Counted from the first letter of the stretch, positions 9,768-19,526 are shown. The stretch is DNA of 20,000 bases from Chiloscyllium plagiosum (GCF_004010195.1 NC_057719.1:82448385-82468384), one strand, 5' to 3'. Notes: generated from the letters alone by a model not told the origin. Program-made: numbers and translations.

Positions 9768-11245
9768 TTTTGAATTGAATTGAATTTATTGTAACGTGTA
9801 CTGAGGCACAGTGAAAAGCTTTGGCTTGCGAGCAATACAGGCAGATCACAGAGTAAAGTAGCATAGATAGTAAATAATAGGTAAACAGCAGCAAAAACAA
9901 AAACACAGGTACAGGAATGTTAAGAATTTGTGAGTCCATTCAATATTCTAACCACAGTGGAGAAGAAACTGTTTTGAAATCAGCTGGTGCGTGTGTTCAT
10001 GCTTCTGTACCTTCTCCCTGATGGTAGAAGTTGGAAAAAAGCATTGCCAGGGTGGGATAGATCTCTGAGAATGTTGGCAGCCTTTTCTTGACAGTGGGCC
10101 TGGTAGATGGATTCTATAGATGGGAGGTTGGCCTTTGTGATTGTCCGGGCCGAGTTCACCACGCTCTGTAACCATCTCCAACCTTGAATGGTACAGTTGC
10201 CATACCAGGTAGTGATACATCCAGACAGAATGCTCTCGATGGCACACCTATAAAAATTGGTAAGGGTATTTGCTGTCATGCCAGATTTCCTCAGCTGCCT
10301 GGGGAAGAAGAGACGTTGTTGTGCCTTTGTAAGCAGTGTGTCCAAATGAAGAGTCCAAGAAAGCTTGTTGTGGATGACCACTCCAGGAACTTGACACTCT
10401 CCACTCGTTCCACTTCTGTGCTATTAATGTGTAGGGGGGGCATGAGTAACATCCTGCCAAAAGTCATTAATAAGTTCCTTGGTTTTGCCAGCATTGAGAG
10501 CGAGGTTGTTCCCAGTGCACCATTTTTACAGGTCTCCCACCTCCCGTCTGTACCTGTTTCGTAGCCATCTGAGATTTGACCAATTATGGTGGTGTCATCA
10601 GCGAACTTGTAAATGGCATTAGTCTGGTGTTTGGCAATGCCGTCATGGGTATACAGCGAGTACAGTAGTGGGCTCCAGTGTTGAGTGTTAGTGATGGTGA
10701 AATATTTTCCCCATTCTTCACTGATTGTGGCCTATGGGTCAGGAAACGGAGGATACAGTTGCAGAGTGTGGGGCTTAGTCAGAGATCACTAAGTTTAGCA
10801 TTCAGTCTCGAGGCATAATGGTGTTGAAGGCTGAACTGTAGTCAATGAGTAGGATTCTAACGTAGCTGTTCTTGATGTCAAGGAGGAGCGAAGGACAAGT
10901 GATTTGCATCTGACGTGGATCTGTTGGTCCGATAGCAAATTGGAGTGGGTCAAGAGTAGTGGGGAGGCTGGAGTTGATTAATGCCATGCCCAGCCTTTCA
11001 AAGCACTTCATGACCACTGAAGTTAGGGCCACTGGGTGATAGTCATTGAGACATGCTGCATGAGCCTTCATAGGCACAGGGATGGTGTTGGCCCTCTTGA
11101 AATAGGCAGGGACAGTGGCCTGCTGCAGGGGGAGGTTGAAGCTGTCCGAGAAGACCTCTGCCAGTTGATCTGTGCATCCTCTGAGTGCACGGCCTGGTAC
11201 TCCGTCTGGTCCCATAACTTTCCTTGGATTCACATGAAGGTAAAC
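9768..11245 (-). mobile_element. Rex1/Babar-clade LINE, 5'-truncated (RT plus C-terminal domain)
   Basis: GPDGVPGRALRGCTDQLAEVF..PVPMKAHAACLNDYHPVALTSVVMKCFERL..LDPLQFA..VRILLIDYSSAFNTI, KFADDTTIIG, KAQQRLFF..LTNFYRCAIESILSGCITTWYGNC. AATAAA followed by an (ATTCA)n tail at 9770-9790. Confidence 0.93.
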
Positions 11246-11301
11246 TGATCTGACCTGATTCTGATCAGCAAAAAAGCACTTAAATTCAGTGGTTTTTGTT
11301 T

Positions 11302-11492
11302 ACATTTTTTCATGAAATATATGTGTCACTGGAAAAAACAATGTTTATTACCCAGCAACACATTGCTGTGGGTCTAGAGTCACATGTAGGTCAGATGAGG
11401 TGAGCATGGCAGATTCCTTCCTTAAAGGACATTAGAAAACCAGATGGGCTTTTACAACAGTGATGACTGGAATTGCCCACTGGAGATTTAAA
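11302..11492 (-). mobile_element. Decayed tRNA-derived SINE whose tail resembles the 3' end of the second LINE family
   Basis: Core CACATTGCTGTGGGTCTAGAGTCACATGTAGG..CCTTAAAGGACATTAG..CCAGATGGG. The left end (TTTTTTCATGAAATATATGTGTC..TTTATTACCC) resembles the LINE 3' ends at 2385 and 15390. Confidence 0.6.
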
Positions 11493-11495
11493 TTT

Positions 11496-11847
11496 CATAG
11501 AATCATAGGACCCCCACAGTGCATAAAAAAACTATTTTTCACCTAACCAGTCTGCACCAACCCTCCAAAGACTATTCCACTCAAATTCCACCCCTATTCC
11601 CGTAACCCCTAGTTTACCACAGTTAATCCACCTAGCCTATACATCCCTGGACACTATGAGATAATTTAGCATGACCAATCCACCTAACCTACACAATTTT
11701 GGATTGTGGGAGGAAGCCAGAGGACCCAGAGGAAACACACAGGAGATCCGGGAGAATGTGCGTATTCAGCACAGTCACCCTAAGGGTGCACTCAAGCCTA
11801 GGGTCCTGTGAGGCAGCAGTGTTAACCACTGAGCCACCGTGCTGCCC
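11496..11847 (-). mobile_element. HE1-type V-SINE, near full length
   Basis: The minus strand begins GGGCAGCACGGTGGCTCAGTGGTTAACACTGCTGCCTCACAG (tRNA head, A box), continues through the V-domain (..TTCCTCCCACAATCCAAA..) and ends in a CR1-like tail, CTATGATTCTATG. Confidence 0.9.
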
Positions 11848-11951
11848 TTGACAACTTCACAAGCACTTGCTGCAGAGTTGGTGCGTCAGGCCTTCCACAT
11901 GGTTCCTGACGTGTAACCCGAGTCGCTGCTGTAACAATTTGCACAGTCACT

Positions 11952-12060
11952 GCCTGTGTGGGAGTTTGCACATTCTCTCTGTGTCTGCGTGGGTTTCCTC
12001 CCACAGTCCAAAGATGTGCAAGTTTGGTGGATTGACCATTCTAAATTGCCCATAGTGTTC
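11952..12060 (+). mobile_element. V-SINE central-domain fragment
   Basis: GTGTGGGAGTTTGCACATTCTC..GTGGGTTTCCTCCCACAGTCCAAAGATGTGC..TAAATTGCCCATAGTG, nearly identical to 18365-18483. Confidence 0.85.
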
Positions 12061-12288
12061 ACATCCCAAGTTTTCTTGAAGCTTTTTGTCATATTATGAT
12101 TTAACTCATATGTAAATGTTGAACAGAAAGCAAAACGATTGCTGAGTTAAAATTCAGAACTAATAGATCTTTAGTAATGCTGATTTTAATTAAGCCATAA
12201 CTCGCATTTTATGGCTTTTTCACTGATTACAGTTTGTAATGTTATTTTAAATCCATATCATATATTGAGGAGAATTTGTAACAACTAT

Positions 12289-12447
12289 TAGATTAGATTA
12301 GAATAGATTACTTACAGTGTGGAAACAGGCCCTTCGGCCCAACAAGTCCACACCGACCCGCCGAAGCGTAACCCACCCAGACCCATTCTCCTACATTTAC
12401 CCCTTCACCTAACACTACGGGCAATTTAGCATGGCCAATTCACCTAA
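12289..12447 (-). mobile_element. HE1-type SINE 3' fragment
   Basis: Reverse complement of the SINE 3' part, with GGCCTGTTTCCACACTGTAAG and a (TCTAA)n tail. Confidence 0.88.
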
Positions 12448-12767
12448 ATTGTATTAGTCTGAATACAATTTTTAAAGTTTTGTTTTTTCATCTCTTAAAT
12501 TTGTTACAACAATGGCATGGGAGTGGTTCAGGAGATGTAGTTATGTATTTTACAGTTCCTGTGCTGGAGGTTAGCCTCATCTCATTTGAGAGAAGTATGC
12601 CATTTGTGTCAAACTGACTATCTTTGCTGTTATCACTGTCTCTACCCATACCCATCAAAACTGTTGCAGCTTTCTCAAAAAGTCTAAGACCAGACCCCCC
12701 TCTCTCTCTGCAGTCTATTGCTTAGGAAAGCTTGGAATATGTTATCACCAACCAACTCCATTTGTTT

Positions 12768-13040
12768 CATAGAATCAAAGAAAGATGCAGCACAGAAGGA
12801 CGCCATTCAGACCATTTGAGTCGATGTCAGTTGTTCTGAAGAGCAGTCCAGTTCATCCCATTACCTTGCTCTTTGCCCACATCCTTACAATGTATTTCCC
12901 TTCCAGGTATTTAACCAATTTGAGGGCAAATATCAGGTAGCACATTCTAAATGCTGACCATTTGTTGTATGACAAATAGTTTTTCCCTTTTATCACCTCT
13001 GGTTCTCTTGCCAATCATTTTAAATCTGCGCCCTCGTCAG
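12768..13040 (-). mobile_element. Decayed CR1 3' UTR fragment
   Basis: CATAGAATC..CAGCACAGAAGGACGCCATTCAGACC matches the CR1 terminal signature. TTAAATCTGCGCCCTCGT is the reverse of the TRGHRFK-like end of ORF2. Confidence 0.6.
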
Positions 13041-13548
13041 CCCTTAGAAATAGTTTAACTTTTTGCTTGTCTGTCTGCCAATTTTCTTTTCTCTTTACCT
13101 GCTACAAACTGCCTGGTGACAAGCAACATAGAGAAAATGAGGGAGCCCAAAGAGAATTCCAATAAAGCTTAGGTATGGGACTTTGAAAAACATGTAAATT
13201 ACTGAAAGCACTATTAGAAATGTGCAATCAAATCCAGAATCAAATAAAGATGTTTCACAGGTGGCAATTTACCATTATTGTGTCTGCTAGCCTGTTAACT
13301 ATGCACTCTGTCACTCTTCATTCCAGAACACTGTGGGGTTTGGAGTGTATATCTTCTCCCAGTCTTCCAATAGGATTCTTGGTATAAATAAAGCATTTTT
13401 GTGAAGAGCATCAAACAGGATTTTTTTTTTTGTTTGAACATGTTCTTCTAGAAATGGAAGTTGAACTGTCTCTAGTTCTGTACTTCATATCAGGTTCTAT
13501 ATTAAAATGAATTTGACTTGTTTTAGTTTAAAGCTCTGAGATTTTCAT

Positions 13549-13665
13549 TTATTTTGTTTAACCTATTTTTCTCATCAATCTGTTAAGAGATATTGAACAG
13601 TTGGGACTTGAACCCAGATCTCTCAGTTCAGTGAAAGAGACACTACTACTGCATCGCAAGAGGGC
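13549..13665 (-). mobile_element. Short (117-bp) tRNA-derived SINE with 15-bp TSD
   Basis: The minus strand has a decayed A box (GATGCAGTAGTAG), a B box (GGTTCAAGTCC) and an A-rich tail. CTCTGAG(A/G)TTTTCAT lies at 13534-13548 and 13666-13680. Confidence 0.75.
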
Positions 13666-13770
13666 CTCTGAGGTTTTCATCACTTTCTGGTATATAGATC
13701 ACGTGTACGTTTTGTGCTTTTGTTGGTAGTCTTAATAAGTTTTGAATCTATTTGCAATTATTTTTTTCAG

Positions 13771-13839
13771 GTTAAACAAGTCCTTTTAAAAGCTAATGGA
13801 GTATACTGTTGATCATATAACTTGGATTGTTTAGCATGG
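13771..13839 (+). other. Candidate internal exon of the host gene, possibly ending in a start codon (ATG G)
   Basis: Strong acceptor TTATTTTTTTCAG|G at 13770 and donor TGG|GTATGG at 13840, in non-repeat sequence. Confidence 0.45.
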
Positions 13840-13864
13840 GTATGGGAAACATAACATGAAGGTT

Positions 13865-14079
13865 TGAGGAGAAAGTGAGGACTGCAGATGCTGGAGATCA
13901 GAGCTGAAAATGTGTTGCTGGAAAAGCGCAGCAGGTCAGGCAGCATCCAAGGAGCAGGAGAATCGACGTTTCGGGCATAAGCCCTTCTTCCTGAAGAAGG
14001 GCTTATGCCCGAAACGTCGATTCTCCTGTTCCCTGGATGCTGCCTGACCTGCTGCGCTTTTCCAGCAACACATTTTCAG
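13865..14079. mobile_element. Young palindromic PLE terminal-repeat element with hammerhead core and 15-bp TSD
   Basis: CATAACATGAAGGTT lies at 13850-13864 and 14080-14094. The inverted arms 13903-13990 and 13993-14080 are complementary at 86 of 88 positions. Confidence 0.93.
13988..14022 (+). ncRNA. Minimal type-I hammerhead ribozyme motif (PLE type)
   Basis: CTGAAGA-A-GGGC-TTAT-GCCC-GAAAC-GTC: catalytic boxes, a perfect 4-bp stem II, a palindromic ACGT helix III and a GUC cleavage triplet. Confidence 0.75.
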
Positions 14080-14419
14080 CATAACATGAAGGTTGGCAAA
14101 TTTACCAACAACATCAGTTCTTCCATTCACTCCCCCCGCCCGCCCGCCTGGCTAATTTTTAGTCACAGCAAGCCAAAGAATTTTTGGTTAGTGTACCTCC
14201 CTCAGACACCTCCCACAAGTTGTCATCCTTCACATAAATCTAAATGTGGACCTCTTAAGAGTTTTTTTTTTTAAACTAGTTACCTAGAATGCTTGTTGTA
14301 CATTGAATCTAAGGGCCGTAATACTGCTTCCTCCAGGGTGGCCTCACATTACTTCTCTTCAGAGAGAGGCTAGGCTCCAGCTGTAGAGTAGTACTGTAAC
14401 CTAAGCGCTCCAAATAATT

Positions 14420-14605
14420 TTAAGTTGCTTTATAGGGCAAGATATGACGCTAAGCTACACAATCATGGTTGGTAAAATAGACAGGTTCTAAAGAACGTAA
14501 ATGAGGAGGGAGAAGTTTGGGGGGATTTACAGAGCTTGGGGTAATTGAAAGTCCTCCAGCAAAGGTGAAGTGATGAAAATAGAGATGCTCATGACCAGAT
14601 TTGGA
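14420..14605 (-). mobile_element. Highly decayed L2-like LINE 3' fragment
   Basis: Loose resemblance to the L2 3' pattern (AGGTT..AAAGAA..GAGGAGGGAGAAGTTTGGGGGGATTTACAGAGCTTGGGG..GATGCTCA..CCAGA). Confidence 0.35.
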
Positions 14606-14879
14606 CATATAATTATCAGGCCCACTGCTTGCCTTTATGAGACCCTTAACGACTAATTATAGCCACTTAAAAGCTGCATCCTATTATTTGAGATTGGGAA
14701 GAGGAGAATTTTCCTCGTGGGTTATCCGTATCTAATGGAAGCTTTAAATTGCTGAGGAGCAGCTGCCATTATTTTAGTGGGCTTACCACTGACACTTTAG
14801 ATGGGTTGTCAGGGACCTAAAATTAAGCTCTTATGAAAATTGGACAGTGAATTGATGGTCCAAATGATATTTGTGAAAA

Positions 14880-15095
14880 TTCTGAGTGGGTAGTGAATCT
14901 TCGGAATTCTTTATGAGGGCTGTTCAGACTGGGTCATTAAGGATTGTCAAGGCTAAGAGACAGATTTTTAACCAGTTGGGAATCAAGGACTATGGGCAAA
15001 GGCAGGAAAGTGGAGTTGAGAATGATTAGATCAGTTATGAGCTCATTGGCGGAACAGACTCAATGGGCTGAATGGCCTGTGTCCTTTGGTCTTAC
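14880..15095 (+). mobile_element. CR1 3' end fragment
   Basis: GTAGTGAATCTTCGGAATTC..AAGGCTAAGAGACAGATTTTT..GGCAGGAAAGTGGAGTTGAG..GGGCTGAATGGCCT, homologous to 750-984. Confidence 0.8.
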
Positions 15096-15389
15096 TTCAA
15101 AAACAGCCTCAATAATGCAGGATGAAGGTGTGACACAAATGTCAATCATCAAACATTACTTGCCACTTTTTTGGCTAAAGAAAATTACACCAAACATCCA
15201 ATTCTAAGGGTCAGCACATTCTGCTTCTGCCTTTCTCTCAACCTTACGTACATTTAATAAAGGGAGCCGAGACTGACCTCCAACTCATTGATATATTGAT
15301 GGTCTTCCCAGGGAATAGTATTGTTTATACTGTCATCAATGCTTGTCTGCCTCCTGAAAGCTGTTCTGAAATTCTCTTTCTTCAAGTTG

Positions 15390-16375
15390 TTTCATGGGAT
15401 GAGTCACTACCTCATAATGTAGGATTTATTGCTCACTTCCCCTTTGACCTCAAAAAGGCAGTGAACTGCCTTCTTCAGCTGTGGCAGTTCATTTGGTTTA
15501 GCTACATCTAAAATTTTATTACAAAAGGTTTTCAGGATTTTCAGTAGGAACAGTGATTTACTGCCAGTTCAACATGGCATGGGCTGGAGAGGGAAACATG
15601 CAAGCAGTGTTGCTCATATGCATCTGCTGCCTTTAATCTATTTGGTAAAGGTTGCAGGATGCTGTTAAAGGAGCCATGGTGAATTGCTGCTGTGCATTTT
15701 GTATTTGGTTTACTTCACAGTCACTATATCAGGGATGGAGAGAATGAAAGTTGAAGGTGGGGATGGGGTGCCAATCAAGTGGGCTGCTTCATCTTGCATG
15801 ACATTGAGCTTCTTGAGTGTTTTGGAACTGCAGTCATCAAGGCAAGTATTCCATAATGCTCATTATTCGTGTGTTGTAGATCGTGGAAATCGACTTTGGG
15901 GACTCTGAAGGTGAGTTACCTATGTCAGAGCCTCCAGCCGAAAAACCAGAAGGGTCACTGGACCCAAACCGTTAACTTTGCTTTCTTTGCAGATGCTGCC
16001 AGAGCTTCTGAATTTCTCCAGCAACTTCTACTTTTGCTTTAGATTTCCAGCATCTATAGTGCTTTTCTTCACACAGCCTCCAACCTTTGATCAAACTAAT
16101 CCCGCGAAGTTTCTGGTCAATAGTTAACTCACCCCCAGTGCTGTTGAATTTGGGAGAGAGGATGGTTAAATGCTTATTGGAGATTTTGATTGCAAATGTG
16201 GGCCAATCATTACTTGCCATGTATCAGTCCAAGCCCGGAATGTTGCCTAGATCTTGGTGCATTTGGATGTGTACTGTTTCAGCATCTGAGGAACTGTGTA
16301 TAGTACTGAACACTTTGCATGCATTCAAAAACATCCCCGTTATTTGGGCCCAGTATATTATCCTGAGGGTGTCCT
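15390..16375 (-). mobile_element. Second-family CR1/L2-group LINE, decayed RT through 3' UTR, interrupted at 15940-16071
   Basis: The minus strand gives PQDNILGP (PQGSVLGP-like) at the 16375 end, G..IDQKL and LKKLNVMQDEAAHLIG. Homologous to 2385-2850. Confidence 0.75.
15940..16071 (+). mobile_element. Decayed PLE terminal-repeat mini-insertion with 14-bp imperfect TSD
   Basis: CAGAGCCTCCAGCC (15926-15939) versus CACAGCCTCCAACC (16072-16085). The relic hammerhead keeps stem II (GGGTC-ACTG-GACCC) but has mutated boxes, and is followed by CAGATGCTGCCAGA..TTTCCAGCATCT. Confidence 0.75.
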
Positions 16376-16429
16376 ATAACAATATTCTAGGAATAAGACG
16401 ATTGTTCCAACAACAAAGTACGAGTAAAA

Positions 16430-17310
16430 TTCCAACATCCCAAACTCGGCAGCCCTCTACAGTAAAGTATTCCACTACCCTCCAAGAGAATAAATTCTTC
16501 ATCATCTTTGTCTTAAACGTGTGTCCCTTTTACTGAGATTATATCCTCTGGATCTAAACTCCCGGGCAAGGTGAAACAACCTTTTTGCGTCTATACTATG
16601 ATATCACCTTTAAAATAGTCCAGTATGTTTTCACAAGGTTGCTTCTCAATCTTCTAAATTCCAATAAGTAAAAGCCCAACACACACAATCTGTCCTCATC
16701 AGAGTCTCTCTGCTGCCTCCTCCCCACCCTCAAAATACCTAATATCAGCCTAATAAGTGTTCTCTGGACTGCATCCAATGTCATTACATATTTCCTAAGG
16801 AGCCCAAAACTATTCACAATATTTCAGTTATGGTTTGACTAGTGCTTTGTATAGTTTTAGGGAAACTTCCCAACTTTATTATTCCATTCCTTTTCAAATA
16901 AAGACCAGCATTCCCTATTATCTGCTGAACTTGTATGTTAGCTTTCTGAGATTTGAAGACACCCAAATTCCCTCTGTTCTCTAGCTGTCTGCAGACTTTC
17001 TCCATTTAAATAATATTGAGCTCCTCTATTGTTCCTGCCAGATTGGCATTTTTCCACGTTATATTCTATCCGCTCAGTTTTTGCCCACTTACTTAACTTG
17101 TCTATATCCCTCTGCAGAGTCTGTATCATCTCACCATTTATTTTTGTGTCATCTGCAAGCTTGGCTATAGTAAATTCATTTTCCTCATCCAAGTCATTTT
17201 GTGGCCCCAGCACTAAACTCTGTGGTATTCCACTAGTTACAGGTTGCCATCCTGAAAATCTCATTATCCCAACTCTTAGCCAACCCTTTATCCATGCTAA
17301 TATACAGCCA
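16430..17310 (-). mobile_element. CR1 LINE RT C-terminal half, decayed
   Basis: FSGWQPVTSGIPQSLVLGPQ..IAKLADDTKI..LQRDIDKLSKWAK..YNVEKC and LEFRRLRSNLVKTY. Confidence 0.9.
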
Positions 17311-18291
17311 ATAACCTTGTGTCAGAATAATCTAGCCAAAAGCCATTAATCTAAAATGTAAACCTTGTCTATCCACCGATGCTGCCCATCAGCTGAGTAT
17401 TTCCAATATTTTGAGTCCATCATTCTCTATTTTGTTAATGATCCTAAGGTTTCAGCCTCTCTATCCAGCAGAGCAGAACTTGGCGGGAGTAGTCATCACC
17501 AAGATGGACTGTCGACATCAGTCCTTACCATTGCTCTCTGCTCATACTTCCTTGCGAACTGTGATTCCTCAAGTTGAAATCCAATCTGGCTCTCTAACAG
17601 AACACCATCATCGTGATGGTATCTGTGCTGTTAAGTCTGTGTCCTGTGATAATACATTCTCAGAAGGAATCAGCTCATTTAAAAAACTGTTAAATGCTAA
17701 GGCACAGATTCCATTCTTCACGTGCTGGCTCTGGTGAAAAAACTGATATAAACTTCTTATTATGGGAGTGTAAAAAAGCCTGAAATTCAAATAATCATAC
17801 TTCAGTCAATGCTAAAATCAGGCCAACATGACTGAATCTTGTATGAAATTTAGACTGAAGATGTTTAATGCTATTGTCATTCAGTAATGAGGTTAGAGTA
17901 TCTTCATCTCCAGTGTTCACTGGTGCTGACATCCCAGTTATCTCCATGGCTTCCTGCTGTGAAGGTATTGGACAATTTAATGGCTGACATCTGGTCCTCA
18001 CCCTTGTAAGTTGCACTGTGTTCTGTATGGTAGCATAATAGATTTATGCATGTCTAAAGCATGTGCTCAAACAATGGACATTGTCCATTCAGAGAGGGTG
18101 GTAATTAGACATATGCATCGTGAGTGGATCTGGCATGCATTTGAGAACCAGGTGACAGCAACATTTCAGAATGTTTATTGAGAATTGGTGAGCTGATTAA
18201 GGCAGTATTACATTGCTGAAAAACTGCAATACGTGGTAGAAGAAAGTGCTGAGTGTTTTAGCCCTGAAAGGTAGGAAAACATTAGTTCTGC

Positions 18292-18596
18292 TGTTCAGTG
18301 GTTAGCACTGCTGCCTTACAGCACCAGGGCCCCAGGTTCAATTCCAGCCTCGGGCGACTGTCTGTGTGGAGTTTGCACATTCTCCCCGTGTCTGTGTGGG
18401 TTTCCTCTGGGTGCTCTGGTTTCCTCCCACAGTCCAAAGATGTGCAGGTTAGGTGAATTGGTCATGCTAAATTGTCCATAGTGTTAGGTGCATTAGTCAG
18501 AGGGAAATGGGTCTGGGTGGGTTACTCTTCAGAGGGTCGGTGTGGCCGGTTGGGTCAAAGGGCCTGTTTCCACACTGTAGGGAATCTAATCTAATC
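18292..18596 (+). mobile_element. HE1-type V-SINE, near full length
   Basis: TCAGTGGTTAGCACTGCTGCC (A box), GGTTCAATTCC (B box), V-domain, and tail GGCCTGTTTCCACACTGTAGGGAATCTAATCTAATC. Confidence 0.92.
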
Positions 18597-18754
18597 ATAA
18601 AGAGGGAAACTCCACCTTAGCTGCAGAAGGTAGAAAACCTCTGGAAAAAATAGGTAGTCACCATTTTGATCATTTAGAAAAGTGGAAAAATCTCTAAACA
18701 ACAGTAATAGGTGGAGAAATGGGGAAATCCACTCTAAACAGAAAATAACGTCAG

Positions 18755-19164
18755 TGAAATAACTCCACAGAGGCCAGTATCCCGTAACCAAGTCACCCTT
18801 TATTGACACGTGAGGAATCCTTGACACTGATACAGCTTCCTCAGAGCCAGCTCTCAAAGTGAACAGGATGTCCGACACTCCTGTTTATATCTGTCCCTGA
18901 TTGGATCCGATTAACAGGGAACTCATATTCTATGTTGTGAAGGTGCCAGTGTCAGAGGTCACGCGATTTAGTCCATAGGTTCATTTGAAATCACAAGCTT
19001 TCAGAACCCCAATCCTTCGTCAGGTTCACCAACTTCATCCGAGGAAGGAGCAGAGCTCCGAAAACTTGTGATTTCAAATGAACCTGTTGGGCTATAACCT
19101 GGTGTGATGTAATTTCTGACTATATTCAATATTCAATGAGGTCCACCTGGCTGACCTCGTTACA
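18755..19164 (-). mobile_element. Solo LTR (probably Gypsy-type), interrupted by a PLE mini-element
   Basis: The minus strand begins TGTAAC and ends GTTATTTCA (TG..CA termini). CCAAT (18900-18904), TATAAA (18884-18889) and AATAAA (18799-18804) occur in the expected order. Confidence 0.65.
18935..19128. mobile_element. Self-inverted PLE family-A terminal-repeat element with two hammerhead relics
   Basis: ATATTC(T/A)ATG lies at 18925-18934 and 19129-19138. There is a perfect 21-bp inverted pair at 18977-18997 and 19065-19085. The relics are CTGACGA..GAAAGCTT (minus) and CCGAGGA-A-GGAGC-AGA-GCTCC-GAAA (plus). Confidence 0.8.
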
Positions 19165-19329
19165 GACATTAGCGTCAGCTTTGTTTCAAATTTCAGTTTT
19201 TCCCTTGCTTTCATGTGGTCCATCTCCAATTTTTCCTTTGTCTCCCATGACTTTTTGTCTCTATTCCTGGAGACAAGCCATCAACTAATGTCCCCTGGAA
19301 GCCAGCTTCATTCCTTCACTTGTCAGCGC

Positions 19330-19490
19330 CAATGATGCAGAGGCTGGACTAACCAGTTCAGGTCTCACCACAACAAAATACATTTGGAATAAAAAAAGCC
19401 AGCATTAGAATAGTGACTAAAAAAACTACCACAATGTCATAAAATCCTGTTTAGTTCACTTGTCCTTTGTGAAAGGAGGATCAGTTGTGT
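19330..19490 (+). mobile_element. Very decayed copy of the SINE at 11302-11492
   Basis: AAAATCCTGTTTAGTTCACTTGTCCTTTGTGAAAGGA resembles the reverse complement of 11410-11455. A B-box-like AGTTCAGGTCT lies upstream. Confidence 0.4.
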
Positions 19491-19526
19491 AAGGTAATTG
19501 TTCCTTAATGGATAACGCTCATGCTA

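Noticed and set aside
9753..11270. TTCTGAT(A/C)AGC as the TSD of the Rex1 copy
   Set aside because: Neither copy directly abuts the element ends, and the match is imperfect.
12100..12235. Two hairpins plus ACA as an H/ACA snoRNA (9-bp stems 12100-12108/12143-12151 and 12192-12200/12209-12217)
   Set aside because: There is no ANANNA H box in the hinge, and the AT-rich context makes such stems likely by chance.
12556..12569. Micro-exon TTTTACAG|TTCCTGTGCTGGAG|GTTAGC
   Set aside because: Short pyrimidine tract, weak donor and a 14-nt length make it unsupported without transcript data.
14610..14800. Possible MITE or DNA-transposon remnant (imperfect palindrome CTTAACGACTAATTATAGCCACTTAA)
   Set aside because: Too degenerate, with no definable TIRs or TSD.
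17345..17415. Additional hammerhead element
   Set aside because: It resembles the PLE repeat (CCACCGATGCTGCC..GCTGAGTATTTCCA), but no catalytic boxes or TSD remain.
18292..18365. tRNA gene
   Set aside because: The A and B boxes continue into the V-domain and a LINE-like tail, so this is a SINE head rather than a tRNA.
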